A stretch of DNA of 64,000 nt from Octopus sinensis (Eukaryota): contig NC_043002.1 in assembly GCF_006345805.1 (NCBI RefSeq), positions 49,414,001 through 49,478,000 on the forward strand. Direction: 5' to 3'. The notes beneath the pieces were generated by a model. The model was not told where the DNA came from. It saw nothing but the letters and a program-made list of their open reading frames with translations, and did not search any database. Position 1 is the first letter of the stretch; every line of letters begins with the position of its first letter. Below, one piece after another: positions 26,120-37,299 of the stretch. The position numbers and the translations under genes were made by a program.

Positions 26120-26280
26120 TTATGTATGAACATTTTTTTTCTCCCGCCGTTTTTTTTCAATCTTGTTTTTCCTCTTCATCCTTTCTATCGAAGAGCGTAC
26201 CCCCGAAACGGCAAAAGGCTTTTTTCGTTCTTCCCGAGCGTTAAACTACCACACCTGCTTTGTCTTCTGTAAATTTGAAC
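26120..26280 (+). mobile_element. PLE terminal repeat, U6-hammerhead family, degenerate copy
   Basis: ctttCTATCGAagagcgtacccccGAAACGGCaaaag (26181-26217) plus downstream 'cccgagcgttaaact' shared with 26885, 48500 and 57995. Confidence 0.6.
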
Positions 26281-26316
26281 TATATTTGCATGTGTGTGTG
26301 TGCACGTGTGTGTGTG

Positions 26317-26875
26317 TAAGGAAAATAGAACAAGGTAGAAAATGCTAAAATAATTTTATCATAAAGAACCTTTTAGTACCGGTTTCATTCTTTGCATGAA
26401 AAACAGTTAAACTGTGGAAAAATTAAATTAAGTGTTTTTTAAAAATATTTCCATAGTTTTCAAATACGTGGAACATTTTCCTTTTTCTGTCTGTCTGTCT
26501 GTCTGTCTGTCTGCCTCTTTGTTTGTCTCTCTCTCTCTCTCTCTCTCTTACTTTTGTGAAGGCTCGGTAGGTAGGTAGGTAGGTAGGTAGGTAGTAGCAG
26601 ATTTGAAAAAAATATTTAATTTCTTTAGATCTGCTACTGCCTACCTGCCCACCGAGCCTTCACAAAACTAAACGAGAGACAGACAGAAAAAAGGAAAATG
26701 TCCCACGCATTTGAAAACTATGAAAATATTTTTTTTAACTTTTCATTTAATTTTTCCACAATTTAAGTTCAAGCTTTACTCTAAGTTGAAAAGCTCGCTA
26801 AGGCTGAAACCGGTACTAAAATGTTCTTCATGATAAAGTTATTTGAAAATTTTCTACCTTGTCTTATTTTCCTTA
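26317..26875. mobile_element. Foldback/MITE-like non-autonomous DNA element (whole element is an imperfect inverted repeat)
   Basis: TAAGGAAAAT..AGTACCGGTTTCA versus TGAAACCGGTACT..ATTTTCCTTA; the arms keep matching inward to gtagcagat/atctgctac, centre about 26615. Confidence 0.85.
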
Positions 26876-26884
26876 TACATATCA

Positions 26885-27096
26885 GCTTGTGTGTTCCTTT
26901 TCAAACTTCTGCATGATAGATCGTTAGCCACTACACGCCTTTTTTCTCTCCTTGTTTTTTCTGTGTCCCTTTCTGTAGAAGAGCGTAGGCTCGAAATATA
27001 AAAGACTTTTTCTATTCCTGAGCGTTATACTAATACATCTGTTTGTTTTCTACACCATATGTCTCCGTCTTTTGTTTTTTTTTTCGTAAACTTTTC
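26885..27096 (+). mobile_element. PLE terminal repeat, U6-hammerhead family
   Basis: Homologous to the reverse complement of 48500-48690; 3' end runs into (AT)n. Confidence 0.7.
26969..27004 (+). ncRNA. Hammerhead-like motif, U6 variant
   Basis: cttt-CTGTAGA-a-gagc(gtag)gctc-GAAA-TA-TA-aaag. Confidence 0.5.
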
Positions 27097-27639
27097 ATAT
27101 ATATATATATATATATATTTATAATATAGATATATAGATATAGACAAATAGAGAGATACATATATATATATACATATATATGTATATACACATGCATGCA
27201 TATACATGTAAATGTACGTACGTGCGTACATACATACATACATACATACATACATACATACATAGCCAGAATGAAGAAATAATATTTCATTTTTTGGATG
27301 TGCATGGAGATCTAAAGAATTTCAAACAACTTATCAACTCCCAGCGAAGAGAATACGACGATAGCTGCATCTACTATCCTGTATTATTTTTGTGGCTTAA
27401 TGCGAGATCCTTGATACAAATCTCTGGCACACGATTCGATTGTCTGGCACGCAGTGCTCCGACAAAATGGTCGCTTCAAATGGTATATAAAACCAACTTT
27501 ATATCTCAGCACAAATTTTATCCTGTAACCTCCTCTCTATCCTCTTTCGTAGTCGCCGCGTCTCCTTGTTCTCTCTCAAAGACGATCACGTGTGTTTTGA
27601 TCGATGTCATTTCGTCTTAAAAACTCTGATTGCAGTTCT

Positions 27640-29090
27640 AAAAGTTATGTTTCGCAGGCAGATGTCAAACGTTTAAATCGAATTCTTCACTTTTCATGAT
27701 CGCTGCAACTTCAAATCAGAATGAATGGCCGATAATATTTTCTTCTTCGAGAATATTAATCCTTCAAAGTGTACCATTTCTCTCGTGAATAAAAAGAAAA
27801 AGAAACCCATAAAACTCATTGTTAGTGGAAACCTTTTCTATAAGCTGTACACTTCATTATAAGGACAGGCCATCGATCAGTTGTTTTCATGTATGGCAAT
27901 AAGAAGAAAGAAAAGATTAAGAACCAGGAAACTTAAAGATGGCGAATCGAACTCTCCTATTTTCGCTTTCCTATTTACTGTTCTAGTAGGAATAAATACT
28001 ACTGCAGTTAGTTTCTCAAGTGTCTTCTCTGGTACGACAGGTGAGCGACCTGACTTGGAATTCTTGTATGGCATACTGTGTCATCCTGACATCATCGTTA
28101 GAATGATGCATTTTGTTCATCCAAAGAATCTATCGTGGAGGCGCGTGGCTTAGTGGTTACGGTGTCAGCATCATGATCGTAAGATTGTGGTTTCGATTCC
28201 TGGACCGAGCGATGCGTTGTGTTCTTGAGCAAAACACTTCACTTCACGTTGCTCCAGTCCACTCAGCTGGCAAAAATGAATAACTCTGCGATGGACTGGC
28301 ATCCCGTCCAGCTGGGGAACACATACGCCATAGAAACCGGGAAACCGGGCCCATGAGCCTGGCTATGCTTTAAAAGGGCACATTTATTTTTTTTTATTAA
28401 AGAATCTATCATTTTTGCTCGAAGGTAGCAATAACTTAATGCCAAACATGCATCGAACTTTAGTCGAGGTTTTATTTCGCTATATGGACGTTTGACTAGA
28501 GCAGTACTATTTGAACGGCTTGGAGTGGGTTTAAAGCCTCCTTCCCTTACTTCTGTTTCTCTTGACTGGCATTGACTATCATTGATGAGTACTCTCGCTT
28601 TTCTTTCACTTATGTCTTTCTGATGAAGTCTTCCACTGTTGTCGATTGTTTCCAACAGATCTGCGCCATCTTTATTAAGCATTTTCTAATATATCCCAGC
28701 TGTAGCTCTTTTCTGAGCGACGAGCTGCGACAATACTTGCACGAAAACAACATCCGTAAAAGATGCTTAGCATCTACATACCAATGATTGAGTAGAAGGA
28801 TTCGATCCACACCACTCTTTACTTAGAACGCCATCATTCACAGAAAACCAAAGGCTTCCAGATCAATGAGTAGAAGAGTGTTCTGCTTCATATTCTCTCT
28901 TCTTTCAGATCATTACTGTGCTTTTCCACCAATGTATGTCTACATGTACGGAAAACATAGATATCAACTTGTAGCATGAAAAGCGCTCGCGCAAAACCAC
29001 ACCACCAATTAAATAACGATACTAATGCTGAGGAAGTGAATCTGCTCGTGCGTAACTCAAAAGAATCGACAGTTTCAATGCAACATCCAT
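27640..29090 (+). mobile_element. Gypsy/Ty3 LTR-retrotransposon pol relic (RNase H to integrase), heavily decayed, interrupted by a SINE
   Basis: IAATSNQN..PI.FS, HFIIRT.HRSVVFMYG..RWRIELS, LCHPD...MMHFV..KNL, CQTCIEL, LTIIDEYSRF, SSFLSDELRQYLHENNI, FRSLLC, EEV.LL..ESTVS. Confidence 0.8.
28135..28398 (+). mobile_element. tRNA-derived SINE (family B-related head) with 12-bp target-site duplication
   Basis: AAAGAATCTATC at 28123-28134 and 28399-28410 flanks the element; T-rich tail. Confidence 0.9.
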
Positions 29091-29374
29091 TTTTTTTCTT
29101 TCAGATAGTCTTCCAAACTACAAAGAATGACAAATTCTCCCATATGGTACCACATTGGTTGCCAAAACAACAGCGAGAGTACTGAATGCGCCTGGATCGT
29201 AATCGAATAAGTGAAGTTGAAGAGCTTACGTAAACAGCAAGAAAAAGTAGATCCTGTCAAATTCGAAATTCAGAAGTTTAGCTCGATCTTTATTCAGCCT
29301 AATTCACAAAGGTATCGAGTCAGGCACTTCCTTCATTTGCATGCAGTAGGAGACTAAGATTAACCTAATATTAA

Positions 29375-29545
29375 CAAATATTGGTTCCAAATTTTGGCAC
29401 AAGGCCAGCAATTTCGGGGGAAGAAGTAAGTCGATTACGTCGACCCTCAGTACTTAACTGGTACTTACTTCCTCGACCCCGAAAGGGTAAAAGGCAAATT
29501 CGACTTCAGCGGAATTTGAACTCAAAGCACAAAGACAGACGAAAT
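29375..29545 (-). mobile_element. SINE family C fragment
   Basis: 'cgaccccgaaagggtaaaaggcaaattcgacttcagcggaatttgaactc'. Confidence 0.75.
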
Positions 29546-29574
29546 GCTGAAAAGTATTTTACTTTAGATAAAGG

Positions 29575-29893
29575 CCCCCTTCGATCATAAATGACCATGA
29601 AATTGCACCTTGAAAGTGTCCCTCCGAGGTACAAGTCCGAGCAAGGTTGATTATGGAGGACCAGCAGTCGCCCATGCATACCAGCCTCCTCTCTTCATGC
29701 CACTGATGTTATCCAAGAGAAACCCAAAGGCCGGTACAGTTTGGCACCAGTGACGTCGCAACTCATTTCTACAGCTGAGTGAACTGGAGCAACGTGAAAT
29801 AAAGTGTCTTGCTCAAGAACGCAACACACAGCCCGGTCCGAGAATCGAACTTACTACATCATGAACCCGTCGCTCTAACCACACTGAACCATG
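29575..29893 (-). mobile_element. SINE family B
   Basis: Full match to the reverse complement of 44961-45290. Confidence 0.85.
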
Positions 29894-30149
29894 CTAACGA
29901 TTCTACCAGCTCGTCGCCTATATAACAAATGTTAACTCAATTTTCTTCAATATTTGGCGAGAACGAATTTTATGTACACCATTTCAACTCCTCTTCCGTT
30001 CACTCTTTAACTCACTGCTGTATTCTTTTGAAGGACCCAGTACAGCATTACTACACGGCATTACAGTCTTGCATAGAAGCTTTACTTCCTGGTAATGTTC
30101 GTCAACTATTTGTTATCCTGAACTGCGGCTAATTTACCGTATACATCCA

Positions 30150-30277
30150 TCATCATCATTGTCGTCGTCGTCGTCGTCGTTGCATCCGCCGTTTTCATCA
30201 GTAGCAGCAGCAGCAGCAGCTCTTCCTCTACTTCTGCTTCTTAACCGTCCTCCTCCTCCCCATCACCATCGTCGTCG

Positions 30278-30308
<31 letters not shown>

Positions 30309-30343
30309 TGTCGTCGTCGTCGTCGTCGTCATCATCATCATCC

Positions 30344-30374
<31 letters not shown>

Positions 30375-30385
30375 TGTCGTCGTCG

Positions 30386-30425
<40 letters not shown>

Positions 30426-30900
30426 TGTCGTCGTCGTCATCATCGTCGTCGTTGTTGTCGCCATTGTCGTCATTGTCATCGTGGTCGTCGTCGTCGCCGT
30501 TTTCATCAGTAGCAACAGCAATCTCCTCCTCCCCTCCTTCTGCCTTTTAATCTTCCTCCTCCTCATCCTCTTCACCCTCCTCCTCATCATCATCATCACC
30601 GTCGTCTTCGTCGTCGTCGTCGTCGGTATAGTCATCAGCTTCATCGTTTTTGTCATCATCGACATCGTCGTCGTCACCACCATCACCGCCCCCACCACCA
30701 CTGCCCCCTCCCCGTCTTTTCGTCGCCATTATCATCAGTAACAGGAACCTGCCTCACCTCCACCTTCTTTTCCTCCTTCTCCTTCGTTTTTCCTCCTCCT
30801 TCCCCCTCTTTTTCCTCCTCTCTCTTCTCCACCTTTTCCTTGTTCTCCCCTTCCTTGTCCTCCTCTTTGTCCAAATCATCACGATCACTCCCATATTCAG
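30150..30900. repeat. Compound (CAT)n/(CGT)n/(CCT)n trinucleotide block
   Basis: Directly visible. Confidence 0.9.
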
Positions 30901-31030
30901 CGAGTAACACTCTTTGTATGCAACAACTGGAAGGGGAAATAACCCGGAGAGGCCATTCCTGTGATAAATGCATATGACATCAACAGGAAAGCGGAATCAT
31001 TGTCTATGGAAGCTTGGGATGAAGTGTGAC

Positions 31031-31262
31031 TTTACTCTTTTATTTGTTTCAGTCATTTGACTGCGGCCATGCTGGAGCACCGCCTTTAGTCGAGCAAATC
31101 GAGCCCAGGACTTATTCTTTGTAAGGCTAGTACTTATTTTATTGGTCTCTCTTACCGAACCGCTAAGTTACGGGGACGTAAACACACCAGCTTCGGTTGT
31201 CAAGCGATGTTGGGTGAGGGACAAACACAGACACACAAACATATGCACACACATACACACAC

Positions 31263-31293
<31 letters not shown>

Positions 31294-31731
31294 CAACTGT
31301 TCAACTCCATTCGGTACATGCAGAAATCTATCAGGATGCAGTGTGAATCATTCAAATTGCAACTGGATAGATACTTAAGCACATTAGAGATGAACCCCAT
31401 CTCCCAGGAATACACAACGAGCACAAACTGACTCAAACTCGCTCCTACACATGTCAATTTAAGCAGAGAATACAACCTGGCAACCACACCAGACTCTGAG
31501 GGTGGAGTCTTCGACTTGGCCTGAGCATGGACTCAAACCCAATGAAATGAAATGAAATGAAATATATACGACGGGCTTCTTTCAGTTTCCGTCTACCAAA
31601 TCCACTCACAAGGCTTTGGTCGGCCCGAGGCTATAGTAGAGCACACTTGCCCAAAGTGTCACACAGTGGGACTGAACCCGTAACCATGTGGTTGGGAAGC
31701 TAGCTACTTACCGCACAGCCACTCCTACGCC
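31031..31731 (-). mobile_element. SINE family A interrupted by a CR1-type tail
   Basis: 3' half at 31031-31290, 5' half at 31563-31731. Confidence 0.85.
31293..31562 (+). mobile_element. CR1-type LINE extreme 3' fragment with (AAATG)n tail
   Basis: QLFNSI....ESFKLQLDRYLSTL resembles the C-terminus of the 38731-39906 ORF (ALFNI..FKKSLDRFLQEI); (AAATG)4 tail. Confidence 0.7.
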
Positions 31732-31964
31732 TATTGGTTGGTTCCATTTTCATCCGTTTCTAATATATTTGTTTGTTGTCGTAACGTTCTGCGAGAGGAT
31801 AGGATCAGTAAAAATTGGGGAGGCGGTTTGAAGGAAGGGATGAGGGAAGATACCTGCTATTGTTATATAACGTCGCAAGACAGTGGAAGTGGCTAAAATT
31901 TCAGGCTGAAATCGAAAGGAAAAGCAACACTGCCTAACGAAAGAACGAGTGAACGAAATAACTA

Positions 31965-32148
31965 ATGATCCTTTCTATTATAGACACAACGCCTGAAATT
32001 TTGGTGGAAGGGGTCAGTCGATTACTGGTACTTATTTTGTCGATCCCGAAAGGATGAAAGGAAAAGTCGACCTATGCTGAACATAGCGACGGGCAAACTA
32101 CCACTAAGCAGTTCATCCAGCGTACTAACGATTCTGCCAGCTCACCGC
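31965..32148 (-). mobile_element. SINE family C
   Basis: 'aataatgatcctttct..gccagctcaccgcctta'. Confidence 0.8.
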
Positions 32149-32167
32149 CTTAATAATAATAATAATA

Positions 32168-32391
32168 ATCCTTTCTATTATAGGCACAAGGCCTGAAGTT
32201 TTTTTTGGTGGGGGGGGGGGGAGACTAATCGATTACATTGACCGCAGAATTTCACTGGTATTTAATTTATCTACCCTGAAAGGATGAAAAACAAATTCGA
32301 CCTCGGCTGAAATTGAACTCAGAACTTAGCAGCAGACTAAATGGCGCTAAGCATTTCGCCCGGCGTGCTAACGACTCGCCGCCTTGATAAT
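32168..32391 (-). mobile_element. SINE family C
   Basis: 'ataatcctttctattataggcacaagg..ctcgccgcctt'. Confidence 0.8.
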
Positions 32392-32392
32392 G

Positions 32393-33560
32393 GCAGCCAC
32401 ATCTAAATCAAGCTACCTGAGATCATTGAGCAAGTGACTTTGCTTCCAAATTGGTCTTAGACCACGCACATTCACACACCCCATTCTCAATCATGGGGTG
32501 TGTGCACAGTATTGTTAGTTGGAGAAAGAAAAGGAGGAGGTTACTCACATGAATTTTCGAGAAGCCTGGAAGTTCCAGGTTTCTCAACCGGCGAAAAGTT
32601 TTTAAAAGGCCCTTTTTGGTTTGGGTGGTCAGTTTGGGATGTATTGTATTCAGGAGAAGCTTGCTTTTCCGTTGCAACTGGGGATAGACTCCTTCTTTGT
32701 CTTGGTTTGAGAGTGGGTGGATGCGTGGGTGTTGGTGTAGGTGTAGGAATTTTGAACACTTGTTCATGATTTTTCGTTTGTGGTGTTTGTAGTGTTGGAA
32801 GTAGTGGGAATTTAGTTTTTCTTGTTTCAGGACAGAAAGCCTTTAAGTGAGTTACAGATCCACATATGTGGAATCTTGGCTTTCTACCCTCCGCTAACAC
32901 TGACAAGTGAATACCATTCGAGGATCGATTAGATCGGGTAGCTGGTCGATATGGTCCTGCTTACGTTGTAAGGTCAGTTCCATACCTATACCTGACCAGT
33001 TTTGCTTAGGTATTTTCTTGACCGCCAACATTGTTACTTCGTCTTATTCTAAGCCTGCAAAGACGGCCGCAATTAACCAGGTGACGGATATTTTTGGCGG
33101 TACATTCGACACCCTAATCTTGGCAAGGCGTCGGTCGCGATAGCTCGGGATTAAGAAGAAATTTTCATTCCTCCAAGCGGTCGCAGAATGACACCGGGTT
33201 TCTTCTTCTGTTCCAAATCTCACCTCAATAGTTCCAAACTTCTTTCCTCGGGTGATGTGGGTCTTCTGTTCCCACACGCGCCCGAGGCATTTTGTATTTC
33301 GCTCTCAGGTGCATTTTCCGCCCGACGAGACTTAACTCCGATGCAGCGGTATGTGACCGTGTATCTTGAGCTATTCTCTATCACGTCAGATGGAGGGTTT
33401 AGAGCTACCCTTTTCCCATTCCTTTTTGCAATTTTCCTGGCCATTTTTAAATCGTCTTCATCTATGCGGAAATCTTCCAAATTTCTCGCTGCAATCGCAA
33501 AAGAAGCCTGCTTTGCAGCAAGGCCGTTGTGGAAGCGATGGAAGTGGTAATATTCACGTT
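32393..33560 (-). mobile_element. L1/Tx1-type LINE 5' part: ORF1 (RRM-like plus CCHC knuckle) and start of the APE endonuclease ORF2
   Basis: KIRVSNVPPKISVTWLIAAV, GRKPR(F)HICGSVTHLKAFCP (CX2CX4HX4C, first C mutated), then GCVNVRGLRPIWKQSHLLNDLR*LDLDVAAI cut by a SINE. Confidence 0.75.
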
Positions 33561-33989
33561 TCTAAATGTCACTTTGTTAATATTGTTGTTGCTGTTGTTA
33601 ATGTTGCTGCTGCTGTCGTTGTCGTCGCCGAAAATTTTGACGTTGCTTAGAGATGAAACAGTATTCGCCTCGGTGACGTCATTAAGTTTAAGCCATTCTA
33701 CATTTTTTTGTTCTCATTTTTTCTCCGACAAGGAATGCGTCTCTTTGTCGAACATTATGATGGCTTCTTTAACTGAATAATGAAAACAGCAAAATATTTT
33801 TTTTTCCGTAAGTGGTTAAGATTAAAAAAATATTGATTCGCACCCCACTGCAAAGCATTGGGTGTTTCAACACAAAAATACTATCTACACAGTCCAGACA
33901 ATCACAAAACTGCAATGGTAACAATAAAATGTAAACACGGGGTCTCAGAAGGCCGAAAAGATTACAAACACTATTTCAACTTACGGAGC

Positions 33990-34448
33990 TCCAACAGCAA
34001 ATATTCTACTCAATACCACAGATTGGCTTGTCAATTGTTTAACTTTAACCAGTTGAGCATGTCCCTTAGTGGTTGACGATATGTGCATTACTGATCACGA
34101 GCAGAAGTAGTGGGGTAGCATCATAGCCATGTGTTGAAAGGAATTCTTAGAAGTTTGGATAATTCATCTTTGGAAATATGGGTGTTTCGTTCAACATCCT
34201 TAAACAACCCTTATTTAGGGATCTTTTGAGCAGGATGGGCTACTCAATCTGAAGAAAATTCTAACTGGGCCCCACCTGCAAGGTCATGCGTTGTTTATCT
34301 TGATATGAGCTCACCATGTCGCGCACATATGGTTGTGACGCATGTGCCTGGTGTACCCTTATCAGACGGGTAGTCATGATGGGTATACTAGGCTTCGTAT
34401 ATTTTAACACAGCGTCACTTTGATGGCATGCACTGCGCTCTCACTCAA
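33990..34448 (+). mobile_element. Unclassified TAA-flanked repeat, copy retaining the other terminus
   Basis: Ends 'gcactgcgctctcactc' directly followed by AATAATAA and (AAT)n. Confidence 0.75.
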
Positions 34449-34458
34449 TAATAAAAAA

Positions 34459-34511
<53 letters not shown>

Positions 34512-34737
34512 GTCAATGGCCCAGCATGGCTGCAGTTCAATGACGGAGGCCAGTAAAATAATAACTACGACGACGATGACGTCAACAGCAACAACAACAA
34601 CATCAGCAATAGTCTCAGAAGTTGACATTTGTGTCTGCCGGAGAGAGATGGAGTGGGGAAAGGGGTGAGAGAGAGGATGGAGAGGGGGAAGAAAGCGAAA
34701 CAGATAGATGGACTCACAGACAGACAGATAGTCAGAC

Positions 34738-34813
<76 letters not shown>

Positions 34814-35334
34814 GAAAGAAGGCGAGACACAGATGAGAACCTGACAAGTCGAAACAGTGTAAGTTCATGAGAAAATATGGCTTTTTTTAACGAACAGCCA
34901 TTCTGTATTTAAATCAGCATTTGTAAAACAACAGCAAAACCGTACAAAATATTCAAGAATAAAAAAATACTGTAATCTTTGCTAATCTTAACTGTTCAGA
35001 ACAAACAATTAGTGCATGTATTATATGCAGCGTTTTTCAACAACCTCCACCCATTTGACTTGCAAACGGGTATACATTTAAAACTTAAAGTTAAATGCTT
35101 GCTGTGAGACAAACGCGATATTTAACTCTTCCTGCTGTGTTTTAAGGAAGGTTGTCTAGGTTTTTTTGTTAAGAAAAATTCAACTGCTTTTCCCATTATT
35201 AGTAAAATTGTCAGGGCGTCGGATAAAATGCGTCTCAACATTTATTCCAACTCTTTAAGTTTTATATTTAAAACCCGCTGAAGTCAGCTTTGTCTTTCTG
35301 ATAAAAGTAATCAGTAAACTATAAAGTAAATACT

Positions 35335-35660
35335 CCCTTCGGTCGTGAATGACCATGGGATTGCACCTACAAATTTATCCTCCTAGGTACAAGTCCGAGC
35401 AAGGTTGTTTATGGAGGACCAGCAGTTGCCCATGCATACCCGTCTCCCTTCTCCATGCCACTGATGTTATCGAAGGGAAAGGCAAAGGCCGATACAGCTT
35501 GGCACCAGTGACGTCGCAACTCATTTCTACAGCTGAGTGAACCAGAGCAACGTGAAATAAAGTGCCTTGCTCAAGAGCACAACATACAGCCCGATCCGGG
35601 AATAGAACTCACTACCTCATGATTGTGATCGCGATGTTCTAACCAACGAGCCGTGCGCCT
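35335..35660 (-). mobile_element. SINE family B
   Basis: Matches 29575-29893. Confidence 0.85.
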
Positions 35661-36014
35661 TCACATAAACTAAAGTACCAGCTAAATACTTGGGTCGATA
35701 CACTCCACTGTTTTCTCCTCGATAAATTTTTTTACTAATGCGACGAGCTGACAGAGTCGCTATCACCACGAAAAAAATGCTTGGCAGCATATCTTCCGGC
35801 TTTACGTGGAGGTCTACTTTGCCTGTCACAACTTTTTGGGGTCGATGAACTAAGTACCAGTCGAGCACAGGAGTGGATATAATCGACTAGCCCCTTCTAC
35901 CAAAATTTCGGATTCTGGCCCTTAGTAGATGGATTATATTTTCTCTAGGGTGAAAAAAAAATGGTCTGTTTTTAAGTATGTTGATACTTCCATATTCTGC
36001 AAACAGTATCTACT

Positions 36015-36250
36015 CTGGCATTCCGTCGGTTACGACGATGAGTGTTCCAGCTGCAGGGAGAATAAGCGTGACACAGAATGTGACAAGGCTGGCCTTTTGA
36101 ATTACAGGTACTATTCATTTTTTCCAGCTGAGCAGACTGGAGCAACGTGAAGTAAAGTGTCTCCTTCAAAGACACAATGCGCCGACGGGAATCGAACTCA
36201 CGACCTTACGATCGTAAGCCGAATACCCTAACAACCAAGCCACGCGCATT
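36015..36250 (-). mobile_element. SINE, tRNA(Arg,ACG)-like head, B-related (family E)
   Basis: Reverse complement 'gcgcgtggcttggttgttagggtattcggcttacgatcgtaaggtcgtgagttcgattccc'; tail shared with 52277-52595. Confidence 0.8.
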
Positions 36251-36614
36251 CACTAGTGTTTACTAGAAATTTGAGAGAAGGAGTCACTTAGTTATATGGA
36301 ATTCGAATCCCAGTTCTTAACTGGTGCTACATTTTATCAACACTGGCAGGTTTAGAACCTAGAACGCAAGATCAGAAACAAATGCCAGAAATTATCTCAG
36401 ACGCTTTCACGACTCTTCCATTTCAATGTATTCTAATTGCTTCTAACGTAAGCACAGGGTCTTCAATTTTGATGATTGGGGTTCAATTGATAACATTGAC
36501 TCTTGTACTTGACTGGTACTTCAGACCTCGTAAGAATGAAACGCACAGATGACCGTGGTAGAATTTGAGCGGATAGAGCTCTAAAGATTCTGCCAGTTCA
36601 CCGCCCCACTAGTA

Positions 36615-36760
36615 CAGTGGTTCTCAACCATTTTGCACCTGTCGAACCCTTTGATTCTAATTTTACTCGGGTGTGGCGGGATCCTCATAGCATATTTTTA
36701 AAAATCCCATTATATTCTCATAATTAGATATTAGGAATTCTATTTTAACCTTTTATCTTT
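36615..36760 (+). mobile_element. hAT (Charlie-like) transposon left end, solo
   Basis: CAGTGGTTCTCAACC terminus preceded by the 8-mer CACTAGTA (nnCTAGnn target type); no partner end seen. Confidence 0.5.
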
Positions 36761-36761
36761 A

Positions 36762-37161
36762 TACTTGATTCAGTCATTAGACTGCGGCCATGCAGGAGCA
36801 CCGGCTTCAAGAATTTATATCGAACAAATCGACCTCAATACTTATTCTATCCTGGTATTTATTCTATCCGCCTCTTTTGCCGAACTGCTTAGTTACGGGG
36901 ACGTAAACACACCAACAATGATTGTCAAGTGGCAGTGGGGGATAAACACAAACATAAACACATGGCATGCACGCACGCGCACACACATGCCTAAGACGGG
37001 CTTCTTTCAGTTTCCGTATACCAAATCCACTCTCAAGGCTTTGGTCCGCCCGAGGCTATAGTAGAAGACACTTGCCCAAGGTTCCACGCATTGGGACTCA
37101 ACTCGGAACAACACAACCACGCCTGCGCCGGTGGCCACGCCTGCGCCGGTGGCCACGCCTG
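36762..37161 (-). mobile_element. SINE family A with head deletion and an 18-bp tandem repeat (CCACGCCTGCGCCGGTGG x2.5, 37117-37161)
   Basis: Body matches family A. Confidence 0.8.
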
Positions 37162-37299
37162 TTCAACAGGTGTATGTCTTCCACTCTGAATATGTAAATA
37201 TGCGTATGTTCGCTTACATACACATGTGTGTGTTTGTGTGGTTGTGCGCCATGCATGCATGTATATATGTATGCATACATACATACATATAGATACACA

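Noticed and set aside
26993-27000. Apparent compensatory C-G to U-A change in hammerhead stem III
   Set aside because: CG to TA is what CpG deamination on both strands produces, so it is not evidence of selection
30159-30907. His/Arg/Asp/Glu-rich ORFs resembling low-complexity proteins
   Set aside because: Pure (CAT)/(CGT)/(CCT) repeats, no splice or domain evidence
34826-34862. cAGATGAG..GAAAC motif
   Set aside because: Core U4 missing, stem II and stem I do not pair convincingly
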